A stretch of DNA of 64,000 nt, taken from Patescibacteria group bacterium. Lineage in GTDB: Bacteria; Patescibacteriota; Patescibacteriia; Buchananbacterales; SURF-54. Below the pieces are notes generated by a model. It did no database searches and was not told the origin of the DNA. It was given only the letters and a program-made list of their open reading frames with translations. The DNA is taken from the NCBI GenBank assembly GCA_018818885.1, contig JAHIRB010000040.1:32985-96984 (forward strand). Direction: 5' to 3'. The number at the start of each line of letters is the position of its first letter. Position 1 is the stretch's first letter. Positions 26,868 through 36,009 of this stretch are shown in pieces. Both the position numbers and the translations under genes were made by a program.

Positions 26868-28115
26868 ATGCAAAACATCATCCTCCACATAGACATGAAC
26901 TCCTATTTTGCTTCTGTTGAACAACAAGCAAACCCACACCTACGAGGTAAACCCGTGGGTGTTTGCGCTTATCTTTCGCCAAATGGCTGCATTATCGCCA
27001 GTTCTATGGAAGCAAAAAAATTAGGTATTAAAACTGCGTTTCGTGTTAAAGACGCTAAAAAAATTTGTCCAGAAATAATATTAATAGAAAACGAACCAGC
27101 TAAATATAGAACCGTAACAACTAAAATTTTTTCTATTCTAGCAGATTATACTGATAGAGTAGAGCCTTACAGTATTGACGAGGCTTTTTTAGATTTGACG
27201 GGATACACAAAAAAAATCTCAAATGCTGTTTGTGTCGCAAAAGAAATCCAACAACGCATCAAGGTAGAAGTAGGGGAATGGCTTAAATGTAAAATTGGGA
27301 TATCGACTACACGCTGGTTAGCAAAATTTATTGCAGACATTGCCAAAGCAGATGCGATTGACGTGATAACACCCAAAACTGCGCCAAAGGTATACGAAAG
27401 ATGCAAGCTGACTGATGCCTGGGGTATTAACTACAGAATGCAGTGGCGCTTAAATCAATTAGGTATTTATACCCTTAACGACCTAAAAAACTACCCTGTA
27501 GCTAATATTTTGGCTGTTTTAGGTAAACCTGGTTACTTTTTGTGGGCCAACGTCAACGGCATAGAAATTCAAGGTGTACGCACACAAGAAGAAATATTAC
27601 CAAAATCAATTGGGCATAGCTACTGCTTGCCAAAACATAATACTGATACAAACTATCATTTATCTATTTTAATGAAACTGTGCGAAAAAACTGGCCGTAG
27701 ATTGCGCGAGAGCAAACTCGAAGCTAAAAACTTATCTATTTTTTGGTCCTACGTGCACGGGGGAGGCGTATACAAAATATTTAAAGTTCCTGGCACACTA
27801 TTCACCACCATGGATATTTATAACCAAGCATATAATGTATTCTTAAATAAAAAGATGAGTGCTTTTAAAATTAGAATGATCGCAGTATCTGTTACCAATT
27901 TATCGCCTTTGACTAAACAGTTGAATTTGTTTGATGATGTTTTAGGCAGAAAAAAAATAGCTCAAGCTATGGATAATATTAATGATAAGTTTGGTGAATA
28001 TACAATATCATATGGTCAAATGCACGGATTAGCAGATCAAGCACGTGATAGGGTTGGTTTTAGAAAAACTGTTGGTGTCAAACCAAAATTGACAAAGGAA
28101 CTACTATACCTGTAA
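26868..28115 (+). CDS. dinB: DNA polymerase IV (Y family)
   Basis: HIDMNSYFASVE, SIDEAFLD, KSIGHS. Confidence 0.95.
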   Translation: MQNIILHIDMNSYFASVEQQANPHLRGKPVGVCAYLSPNGCIIASSMEAKKLGIKTAFRVKDAKKICPEIILIENEPAKYRTVTTKIFSILADYTDRVEPYSIDEAFLDLTGYTKKISNAVCVAKEIQQRIKVEVGEWLKCKIGISTTRWLAKFIADIAKADAIDVITPKTAPKVYERCKLTDAWGINYRMQWRLNQLGIYTLNDLKNYPVANILAVLGKPGYFLWANVNGIEIQGVRTQEEILPKSIGHSYCLPKHNTDTNYHLSILMKLCEKTGRRLRESKLEAKNLSIFWSYVHGGGVYKIFKVPGTLFTTMDIYNQAYNVFLNKKMSAFKIRMIAVSVTNLSPLTKQLNLFDDVLGRKKIAQAMDNINDKFGEYTISYGQMHGLADQARDRVGFRKTVGVKPKLTKELLYL

Positions 28116-28150
28116 AATTAATGTTGCTTATAATAAACTAATAAAAAATT

Positions 28151-29422
28151 ATGACCAAAAAATCATTAATTATCTTACTAATTTCAGCATTTACTTTGAG
28201 CATATTTAGTGTAAATATTGCCATCGCTGCAGATGATCACACTGGACAAGTTGTTAAAGTAGAAGGAAGTTCCACACTTTATTATGTGGCAACTGACGGG
28301 AAACTATATGTTTTCCCAAACGAAAAAACATATAAAAGTTGGGATTCTGATTTTGATGATGTGGTAACAATTACCCAAGTGGAATTATCAGAATTCACAA
28401 TTGGTGGCAATATTCGTTACAGACCAGGTGTATTACTAGTTAAATTTACCAATACCCCTAAAGTTTACGCTGTTTCACAAAACGGAAAATTGCGCTGGGT
28501 AAAAACTGAAAGAATAGCAAGAAAATTATACGGTGAAAACTGGAACAAACTGATTGACGATATTCCATTAATTTTCTTTCCTGACTATGTAACGGATAAT
28601 GACATTAATGATGAAGGAGATTACGATCCAGACGAAGAAATCAACTCAACCGAAACTATTGAAAATAATAAAGGATTCGCTTTAGGGCATTACAAAGACT
28701 TATGGAAATCAAATACCACAAAATGTCGTGCTACTGCTGCAGTACCACACGGACAGGGTAAAAAAGCAACACCTGCTGTATCAGCACGTCAATGCAAAAT
28801 AAACTTGATTAATGATGCACAAAAAGACGAAACAGCTCCAGTTATAACCAACGTTGTAGTTACACCTTCTAATACTTCTGCAGTAATTACTTGGACTACA
28901 GACGAAGAAAGTAACAGTACAGTAGAATATGCTACAGAAAGCTTAAGTACAGCAACAAGTACCGAGACAGTAACAGATTCTGATCTAGTAACTTCTCATT
29001 CATTAGAACTAAATAACCTAACTGCCGAAACCACTTATTATTACATTGTAAAATCTGCTGATAGCAATAGTAATATTGCAACTACTACAGAAAGTACTTT
29101 TACTACAACTGCCCAAGAAGTAGATATTACAGCACCTATAATCAGTGATATATTCTGGCAAATATCAACTACTACTGCGACTGTGGAATGGGAAACTAAT
29201 GAAGCCAGCACCAGTAAAATAACTTATGCCTTAGAAAGCTTAAATACTGTAACATCAACTGAAGAAGTATCTTCAACTGATTTAGTAACATCTCATTCTT
29301 TGGATCTATCAGGATTAAGTTCATACACTACTTATTACTACATATTAGAATCTATTGACGCAGCAACTAACACTGCTACTACTACAGAAACAACGTTTAT
29401 TACTACCCTCGGAATAGAGTAA
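28151..29422 (+). CDS. Secreted protein with two Thr-rich FN3-like domains
   Basis: Signal peptide; duplicated ~95-aa unit (W.T.E.S.S...Y...H.L.L..L...TTYYY). Confidence 0.85.
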   Translation: MTKKSLIILLISAFTLSIFSVNIAIAADDHTGQVVKVEGSSTLYYVATDGKLYVFPNEKTYKSWDSDFDDVVTITQVELSEFTIGGNIRYRPGVLLVKFTNTPKVYAVSQNGKLRWVKTERIARKLYGENWNKLIDDIPLIFFPDYVTDNDINDEGDYDPDEEINSTETIENNKGFALGHYKDLWKSNTTKCRATAAVPHGQGKKATPAVSARQCKINLINDAQKDETAPVITNVVVTPSNTSAVITWTTDEESNSTVEYATESLSTATSTETVTDSDLVTSHSLELNNLTAETTYYYIVKSADSNSNIATTTESTFTTTAQEVDITAPIISDIFWQISTTTATVEWETNEASTSKITYALESLNTVTSTEEVSSTDLVTSHSLDLSGLSSYTTYYYILESIDAATNTATTTETTFITTLGIE

Positions 29423-29436
29423 ACAACACTAAGAGA

Positions 29437-29467
29437 AAGAGACCGAAGCAAATGCTTGGGTCTCTTT
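29437..29467. terminator. Bidirectional terminator
   Basis: AAAGAGACC-gAAGCA-aa-TGCTTg-GGTCTCTTT. Confidence 0.8.
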
Positions 29468-29470
29468 ATT

Positions 29471-29632
29471 TTAGTATGGAAGTTGGGTTGAAAGTTGTTG
29501 TAAACCATCTAGAATAAGATCTAAGATGATAATGACGATTTCTACAACTTTTTCACCAACTAACGGAAGCAATACCCCCACCACAATGATCAAAACTGCG
29601 AGGGTTAAGCCTCCTTTGAGTGCAGTATACAT
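29471..29632 (-). CDS. Small hydrophobic membrane peptide, 53 aa (MYTALKGGLTLAVLII...)
   Basis: Two hydrophobic helices; terminator downstream; start uncertain. Confidence 0.6.
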   Translation of the reverse strand: MYTALKGGLTLAVLIIVVGVLLPLVGEKVVEIVIIILDLILDGLQQLSTQLPY

Positions 29633-29790
29633 AGAATTGCACTTATTACTAAGTAGAGGGCTTAAACATCGCCAGTCGACCAAACTGGTATGGTGGGGTA
29701 TATTACCACTTTAGCCCTCCTTCAACTGGCCTAATAGACCAAGTGGGGGAGGGCAAGGTGGTTATTTTTAATGAACTCTTCAGCTTATAT

Positions 29791-29818
29791 TAGACGGATG
29801 ACTTGACCAAATGTTACA
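29791..29818 (-). promoter_or_regulatory. ECF-sigma-type promoter
   Basis: TGTAAC-N16-CGTCTA on minus strand. Confidence 0.6.
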
Positions 29819-29910
29819 GTATTGACATGTATTCACTATTTTGATAAATTATGCGTAACCTGCATATCAACAGCCTAAAAAGGATGTCGTTCAACTAGAA
29901 GGAGGTTAGA

Positions 29911-30153
29911 ATGAATCTTTATGTCTACACTATGCAAAGAGATCCTGCTAGTCTACCCACAATAGAAGCCGTGGCGACAGATTTCAGCAGGGAATCGGCT
30001 GACAGCAAAGTGTCAGAAAGCAACGAAAATGTTGCGAGAATGCTCGTAGACGAAGCAGAGGCATCAAAATGCTCGTTTAATATTGTCGAGTTTACCAACA
30101 TTGACGTCTGCCAGATGCATATCTCGAGCGGCCAAACAGTGCCAGTCGGATAA
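29911..30153 (+). CDS. Small acidic orphan protein, 80 aa
   Basis: TTGACA(29822)-17-TAAATT promoter, GAAGGAGG SD, hairpin 30166-30194. Confidence 0.72.
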   Translation: MNLYVYTMQRDPASLPTIEAVATDFSRESADSKVSESNENVARMLVDEAEASKCSFNIVEFTNIDVCQMHISSGQTVPVG

Positions 30154-30253
30154 CTGCCTAAAAAGCCCGCCAATCATGAAAATGATTCGGCGGGGTTCAT
30201 TATATAATAGGGAAGTATAGTAATTTTAATATTGTTAGTATCACACAATGTAG

Positions 30254-30808
30254 CTACTTTTTCCTATTAATTATTCTCTTAATATTAATGAACTCCTGCT
30301 TATCTTTAAAAACTAAAAAATCACTTAACTCTTCATTTGGGATAAAAGTATATGCATATATATCAGTATCATCTATATTTGGGTAAGTGACAATTATTAC
30401 TTTTTCTAAATTTTTATTCTTAAAATAATTGAATATTTTATCAGGATTTGTATCACCACACTCAATAATAATTTTTTTATTACTGGATATTATATCGGGT
30501 ATATAACCGTCAAATTCATATTCAATTTTTATATCTGTTATTCCTTGTTTTGCTAGATAGTCTTTGCTTATCAATTTTAAAGATAAATGTCTACATTCAC
30601 CACCATCAATATCTGCTTTAAGAATTTTACCTCCTATTAAATCATCAGAATAATCATCAAAAATTTCTTTTGTAGAGATTTTTTCTTTTTTGAAAGTAAG
30701 TAAACCATTATTCAACAAATAACAAATATTAACAATTAATTGCATATCCGCATCGAAATCACGATTAGAATAAAAAATATTTTTGATTAATTCACGATTA
30801 TATTGCAT
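30254..30808 (-). CDS. AT-rich hypothetical protein with PD-(D/E)xK-like motif
   Basis: IEYEFDGYIPDII...IIIECG; starts 1 nt after xer stop. Confidence 0.65.
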   Translation of the reverse strand: MQYNRELIKNIFYSNRDFDADMQLIVNICYLLNNGLLTFKKEKISTKEIFDDYSDDLIGGKILKADIDGGECRHLSLKLISKDYLAKQGITDIKIEYEFDGYIPDIISSNKKIIIECGDTNPDKIFNYFKNKNLEKVIIVTYPNIDDTDIYAYTFIPNEELSDFLVFKDKQEFINIKRIINRKK

Positions 30809-30809
30809 A

Positions 30810-31793
30810 TTAGTCATCTTTTCTAAGGGGATGATATTTTCTATGCGTGTCTTCCGCGTACCTATCAGAAGCATGGACATAACGAGTGGTCGTATCTAAA
30901 GATTCATGACCCAAAAGAATCTGTATCGCTGCAGGGTTTGCTCCACTTTCTGCCAAATAAGTGGCAAAACCATGTCTTAATGAATGAGCACTGGTTGGAA
31001 CATTAATTTTAAGTCTTTCTCTATAATGCTTAATTCGTTCTTGCAAATAATTAGTAGATATCCTTTTTTTTGCCAAACTAGTATCTTTTTTAACATTTCT
31101 TCCACGATAAGGAATAAAAAGTGCGGGAAAGCTATCACTCCTTAATGATGAATATTTATCAAGTTGATGCACTGCTCGTGGAGTTAAATAAACAAATCTT
31201 TCTTTTTTCCCTTTACCGCGAATAAATATTTTTCCACTATCATCAATTTGCACGCGATCTAAATTAATTAATTCCGAAATACGCATACCTGTTGAAAATA
31301 AAATTTCTAGCATTGCACGATTACGTGCAGCTATGGTTTTATTATTTTCCATAGTTGATGGTGCTTCAATCAGTTTAATCAAATCCTCTAATTCAGCTAC
31401 CCGTGGATGTTTTTTTTCCGTTTTTACTAATTTGATTGCTTCAGGAGAGATAGGACATTTATAGTCCATTTCTATCAAATATTTTAAATATGAACGTAAA
31501 CTCGAAAGATTTCTGTTGGTTGAACTACTTTGTAATTTTTTTTCAGGTGTTGCGTTGTTAGAAGTCTTTCTATCACGAGAAGTCAAATATGCTTTATAAT
31601 GATTAATGACTTTCTTGTCAACCTTAAAAAATGGGAGAGATAACTCTAATAAAAAATTTTCAAAAACTTTTATATCTCTTTCGTAATTATATATTGTTTC
31701 TTCAGAATAATTATTTGTTTGCAAATTTAATAAATAATCTTCAAGATATTCAAGCACTTCATTGTCTGGTGGAGGAGTAATATTATTAGACAT
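30810..31793 (-). CDS. Xer-family tyrosine recombinase
   Basis: SAM-like N-domain, TGMRISEL, GKGKKER, HSLRH, LLGH, TTRY. Confidence 0.95.
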   Translation of the reverse strand: MSNNITPPPDNEVLEYLEDYLLNLQTNNYSEETIYNYERDIKVFENFLLELSLPFFKVDKKVINHYKAYLTSRDRKTSNNATPEKKLQSSSTNRNLSSLRSYLKYLIEMDYKCPISPEAIKLVKTEKKHPRVAELEDLIKLIEAPSTMENNKTIAARNRAMLEILFSTGMRISELINLDRVQIDDSGKIFIRGKGKKERFVYLTPRAVHQLDKYSSLRSDSFPALFIPYRGRNVKKDTSLAKKRISTNYLQERIKHYRERLKINVPTSAHSLRHGFATYLAESGANPAAIQILLGHESLDTTTRYVHASDRYAEDTHRKYHPLRKDD

Positions 31794-31815
31794 ATTATAA
31801 ATTTAATGTATCTGA

Positions 31816-31843
31816 ACTGAGTGTAAGAGTTATTATACTCAGT
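31816..31843. other. dif-like Xer recombination site
   Basis: ACTGAGTGTAA-GAGTTA-TTATACTCAGT: 11-6-11 with inner TAA/TTA, 22 bp upstream of xer. Confidence 0.75.
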
Positions 31844-31891
31844 TTATAATATCCTTAAAAATCAGTCAAACTAACTTGTCCACACCATAAA

Positions 31892-32746
31892 TTACTTATA
31901 AAACACCTTTTTACCGTATCTTAGATCTATATACTCAATCTCATTAATATTTTCAATCTTTTCACTTAACAATGCAATTAAATTATTAATTTGACTTATA
32001 ATTACTATTTTAGTTGAAAAATATATCTTATAACCATTTAAAGTTGTCACAAAGATGTTTGTGTCATCTTCGGGGTCAATTTGATAATAATCAATATCAA
32101 TGTTGTTCTGAGCAAGTAACTTATTAATTTCTAAAATATTTTCTATTTTTTCAATTGAAATTACTTTTTGTCCGATTTTGACTTCTGTGTTATTTTGATC
32201 ATAAATAATTGGTAGACCTTGCTGCATTGCTTGGCTTCGCAAAATATTTTCTTGATTCTCATCTGAACCTTTTACTTCTGAAAATGGAATTCCTTTTAGA
32301 TCTAAATAATAGGCATTGGTGTCATTAAGCCAAACAAGTGACGTTATTGTTTCTTTAAGTTCAATTCTAATAGTATTAAAGTAATCTTTTCTAATACCAA
32401 CATCTTCGAGAATATAAAGTTGGGTAATTTCTTTTTCTAATTTATCAGTATCAAAAAAGAAAATGTTATTTTGTGACAATAAAAAATATCTATGCTTTTC
32501 TAACTGCTGGCTTGCAATATTTACAATTTCGTTTTCTGATATCGTTTCGTTACCAGTTACTATAATATTGGTAACTATAAATTTGGATGAATTAGTTATA
32601 AATCTGATGCCTATGACGACAAACACAAAAATAACTATGCTGATTAACCATGTTTTCATGTTTCGTTTTTTCTTTTTTTGAAAAAAAGGATTCTTCAAAT
32701 CCTTTTTCTGATAATCTATCTTTCGTTTAGAGACTACCCTTTTCAT
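31892..32746 (-). CDS. ftsQ: FtsQ/DivIB family cell division protein
   Basis: Single TM, POTRA (IIVTGN), C-terminal YIDLRY; downstream of ddl. Confidence 0.85.
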   Translation of the reverse strand: MKRVVSKRKIDYQKKDLKNPFFQKKKKRNMKTWLISIVIFVFVVIGIRFITNSSKFIVTNIIVTGNETISENEIVNIASQQLEKHRYFLLSQNNIFFFDTDKLEKEITQLYILEDVGIRKDYFNTIRIELKETITSLVWLNDTNAYYLDLKGIPFSEVKGSDENQENILRSQAMQQGLPIIYDQNNTEVKIGQKVISIEKIENILEINKLLAQNNIDIDYYQIDPEDDTNIFVTTLNGYKIYFSTKIVIISQINNLIALLSEKIENINEIEYIDLRYGKKVFYK

Positions 32747-32787
32747 ATTTTAATGTTTGAAATTTATAATTTGGTTATATGTTATTG

Positions 32788-32848
32788 TCCGTCAGAAGCG
32801 TGCTCCAGAGGCGCATCAGCCTCTGGCTGAAATCTGCCTCTGGCATGA
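32788..32848. repeat. 31-bp palindromic repeat with a 30-bp relative nested inside (32801-32830)
   Basis: Outer element matches 13237-13267 at 27/31 on the opposite strand. Confidence 0.82.
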
Positions 32849-32881
32849 TTTAGAAATTGGCCTTTGGTGCTTGGGATTTGA

Positions 32882-34015
32882 CTACTTATACCAGTCAGAG
32901 CCTGGATCAAATGATGTTCTAAGTTGATTTTTTTCTCTATGCCTCTCAAAGGCAAGCTGAATTAACTTATCTAATAACTTTGGATAGGATAGACCTGATT
33001 TTGCCCACATTTTGGGATACATGCTTATTGGCGTAAAACCTGGGATTGTATTTACTTCGTTTAATATTATCTGATTATTCCCCTTCTTAACAAAAAAATC
33101 GACTCTAGCCATTCCACATAGATCTAGAGATTTAAACGCCTCTACTGCCATTTTTTGAATGTTTTTGATGATATTTTTAGGCAACTTAGCTGGAATTTGT
33201 TCTGAAGACTTGCCATCTACATATTTTGCATCATAATCATAAAATTCATTAGAAGGTATAATTTCTCCTGGAACTGAAGCTTTAGGATCATCATTACCCA
33301 ATACTGCAACTTCTATTTCACGAACGTTATTGACTGATTGTTCAATCAATATCTTTCTATCAAATCTAACAGCCAAATTTATAGCCTTAATTAACGCACC
33401 TCTATCCCCTGCCTTTGATATTCCCACAGAAGAACCTAAATTAACGGGTTTCACAAAAACAGGATATTTCAACTTTTTCTCTATGCGTCGCAAAATGTTA
33501 GTCTTATCTTTTTTCCATTGATTGCTTAAAAACCAATCGTATTTCACAATTGGTAATTTCACTTCTTTATAAATTTGTTTCTGAATTATTTTATCCATTC
33601 CTACTGCGGAACCTAATACATTTGCTCCAACATAAGGAATGTTTGTAAGCTCCATTAATCCTTGGACGGTTCCATCCTCACCATACGGCCCATGTAACAC
33701 TGGGAACATAACATCTATTTGTTTCGAATTTTCAATCTTGGCTAAACTCTTATTGTCTTGCTTAATATTGATTATACCTCTTTGTGTTGGATCTGGAGAA
33801 AGAATAGTTTTTCTAGCTACTTTTTGTATACCTTCTTTTAAGAACTTTACAGCCAACGGTCCTGAAAGCCACTTACCTTCTTTGGTAATTCCAAGAGGGA
33901 TTACTTCGTACTTTTTTTTATCTAAAGCTTTCATTACTGATTGACCTGAAACAATAGAAACTTCGTGTTCTCCAGAACGTCCACCAAATATTACTCCAAC
34001 TCTAATTTTTTTCAT
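32882..34015 (-). CDS. ddl: D-alanine--D-alanine ligase
   Basis: GGRSGEHEVS, LHGPYGEDG, GSSVG, NEVNTIPGFT. Confidence 0.97.
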   Translation of the reverse strand: MKKIRVGVIFGGRSGEHEVSIVSGQSVMKALDKKKYEVIPLGITKEGKWLSGPLAVKFLKEGIQKVARKTILSPDPTQRGIINIKQDNKSLAKIENSKQIDVMFPVLHGPYGEDGTVQGLMELTNIPYVGANVLGSAVGMDKIIQKQIYKEVKLPIVKYDWFLSNQWKKDKTNILRRIEKKLKYPVFVKPVNLGSSVGISKAGDRGALIKAINLAVRFDRKILIEQSVNNVREIEVAVLGNDDPKASVPGEIIPSNEFYDYDAKYVDGKSSEQIPAKLPKNIIKNIQKMAVEAFKSLDLCGMARVDFFVKKGNNQIILNEVNTIPGFTPISMYPKMWAKSGLSYPKLLDKLIQLAFERHREKNQLRTSFDPGSDWYK

Positions 34016-34017
34016 AT

Positions 34018-34123
34018 CCGCTAGTGATCCCGTAAATGGGATTTAATTATTATTTATAATATTAAGTAAATTATATAAATCTATTGTCAGATAGTAATTT
34101 TTAATTTTACGGGACTACTACCG
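34018..34123. mobile_element. MITE-like inverted-repeat element
   Basis: CCGCTAGTGATCCCGTAAA...TTTACGGGACTACTACCG; related to 55616, 60819 and 62622 elements. Confidence 0.55.
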
Positions 34124-34847
34124 AGTCATAAAATTTCTTTACTGCTAAACTTGCTAATTTAGCATATATGTAATGTTTACCAAATTTATTTATTTTTACT
34201 TCTGTGTTATCAAACCGAAAACCTTCACCACTTTCATTTTCTTTTACATCTAATGCCCTAAATTCACATTCATTTTCTATTCCATAATACCATACTTTTG
34301 CTTTTATGTCTTTGACATCTTTTAATCTTGGATCATCAGCATTCAGTATTACTAAATCGTTACTACCCACAGACTTCGCTAATTTTAAATATTCATGTGC
34401 AATGTTATCTAAACCTTCAAAACTTTCTAAATGCTGTTCTGAAATATTAGTGACTACAGCAATTTTTGGTTTTATTAAGGTTAAAAGATAATCCATGTCT
34501 TTTGGTTTATCAATGGCAAGCTCTAAAACAATGATTTCTGGGATTGATTTTGAAAAAAATGGTTTTGCGAGTGCTTTTAATAAAATAATTACCCATTTAG
34601 TAAAATAATGATAACCAACTGGAAGATTCAATACACTCAAGGGTACACCTATGTCTGAATTAAAGTTTCTGGGGCTGGTTCGCACATTATATTTTTCTTT
34701 AAGGACATTATAAATTTCGTCTTTGACTGCGTATTTATTTGTTGTACCAGTTACAGCAATGATCTGTGGCTTATGGCGCCAGATGAATAGTTTTACGCAA
34801 ATTTTGAGCCAATACTTAACAAAATTTTTAGATATGGATCTTAGCAT
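34107..34847 (-). CDS. Short MurF-like Mur ligase (central domain only)
   Basis: AVTGTTNK, NFNSDIGVPLS, VLE, TNI...H, LNADD; no C-terminal domain. Confidence 0.8.
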   Translation of the reverse strand: MLRSISKNFVKYWLKICVKLFIWRHKPQIIAVTGTTNKYAVKDEIYNVLKEKYNVRTSPRNFNSDIGVPLSVLNLPVGYHYFTKWVIILLKALAKPFFSKSIPEIIVLELAIDKPKDMDYLLTLIKPKIAVVTNISEQHLESFEGLDNIAHEYLKLAKSVGSNDLVILNADDPRLKDVKDIKAKVWYYGIENECEFRALDVKENESGEGFRFDNTEVKINKFGKHYIYAKLASLAVKKFYDSVVVP

Positions 34848-34851
34848 AAAT

Positions 34852-36009
34852 TTATGTATTAAAATATTTTTTAAGTCTTATAAAAGCTTCTTTGATTGTT
34901 GCTTCGTCTCGTCCAAATGACATTCTAATATGTCCTTCGCCACTTGGACCAAAAGCAATACCAGGCACTAATGCAACTTTTGCCTTTTCTAAAATTTCAA
35001 CACAAAACTGCCACGAATCTATCCCCTCTTCCATTAACACTTTTGGAAAAACAAAATATGCACTACTAGGCCGTTGATACGAAAAAATATTTTTTAGTTT
35101 ATCTAGTTCTTTACAAATTAAATTTAACCTTTTTTGATAAATTACTTGGAATTGTTTTATTGAATCACTTCCTTCCTCTAAAGCTGTGATTGCTCCATAT
35201 TGCGATACGGTTGGTGCACAAGTAACTAAACTGTCGTGAACTTTTAAAATTTCTGCTGTGTTTTGCTTATCACTGTGTAAAAACGCAATTCGCCAGCCAG
35301 TCATGGCATAGCTTTTAGAAAGACTAAAAACACGAATAATATTTTTTCTATATTTTGATTGAGTTGCTAAGCTAAAAAACTCAATATCATTATATATAAA
35401 ATCTTTATATACCTCATCTAAAATTATAAAAAAATTATGTTCTACTGACAAGTCTGCAATAGTGAGTAGTTGCTCTTTGGAAAGTATAGTGCCCGTAGGA
35501 TTGTTAGGATTACATATTAAAACTGCTTTGGTTTTTTTAGAAATTTTTTGTCTAAAATCTTCTAAATCAAATTGCCAACCACTTTCTTCGTTTAACCACG
35601 TAAAAACTGGCGTTCCAGAAGCTAGTTTAATTACTTCTTGATAAGTGGTATAACTAGGTGAAGGTAATATAACTTCGTCACCTTCGTCTAATACTGAAAG
35701 AAATGTAGAGGTTAAGGCTTCTATTGCACCACATGTTACAATGATTTCTGTTTCAAAATCATACTTCATGCCTTCTTCAGCTAATTTTCTTTCTATGACC
35801 TCACGAAGTAATGGTAAACCTGGCGGTACTGTATATTTTGGAGTTAAGCCTTTATCAAGAGCTGCTTTTACGTTATTCTTAATGTTGGCGGGTGTGTCAA
35901 ACGAAGGAATGCCTTGAGCCAGCGAAACAACTCCTGGAATCTTTGACGCCAGGAGTTCTATTTGTTTTATAGGAGAAACTTTAATTTTTGCTACACGCTT
36001 AGAATACAT
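34852..36009 (-). CDS. PLP-dependent aminotransferase class I/II
   Basis: NPNNPTG, DEVY, SLSKSYAMTGWR. Confidence 0.95.
   Translation of the reverse strand: MYSKRVAKIKVSPIKQIELLASKIPGVVSLAQGIPSFDTPANIKNNVKAALDKGLTPKYTVPPGLPLLREVIERKLAEEGMKYDFETEIIVTCGAIEALTSTFLSVLDEGDEVILPSPSYTTYQEVIKLASGTPVFTWLNEESGWQFDLEDFRQKISKKTKAVLICNPNNPTGTILSKEQLLTIADLSVEHNFFIILDEVYKDFIYNDIEFFSLATQSKYRKNIIRVFSLSKSYAMTGWRIAFLHSDKQNTAEILKVHDSLVTCAPTVSQYGAITALEEGSDSIKQFQVIYQKRLNLICKELDKLKNIFSYQRPSSAYFVFPKVLMEEGIDSWQFCVEILEKAKVALVPGIAFGPSGEGHIRMSFGRDEATIKEAFIRLKKYFNT

Noticed and set aside
28830-29410. Internal duplication as a DGR template/variable repeat pair
   Set aside because: Both copies are in-frame FN3-like domains, differences are not confined to adenines, and no reverse transcriptase is present
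30810-31793. Tyrosine recombinase as prophage or integron integrase
   Set aside because: Xer-like size and motifs, dif-like site upstream, core-gene neighbours, no phage genes
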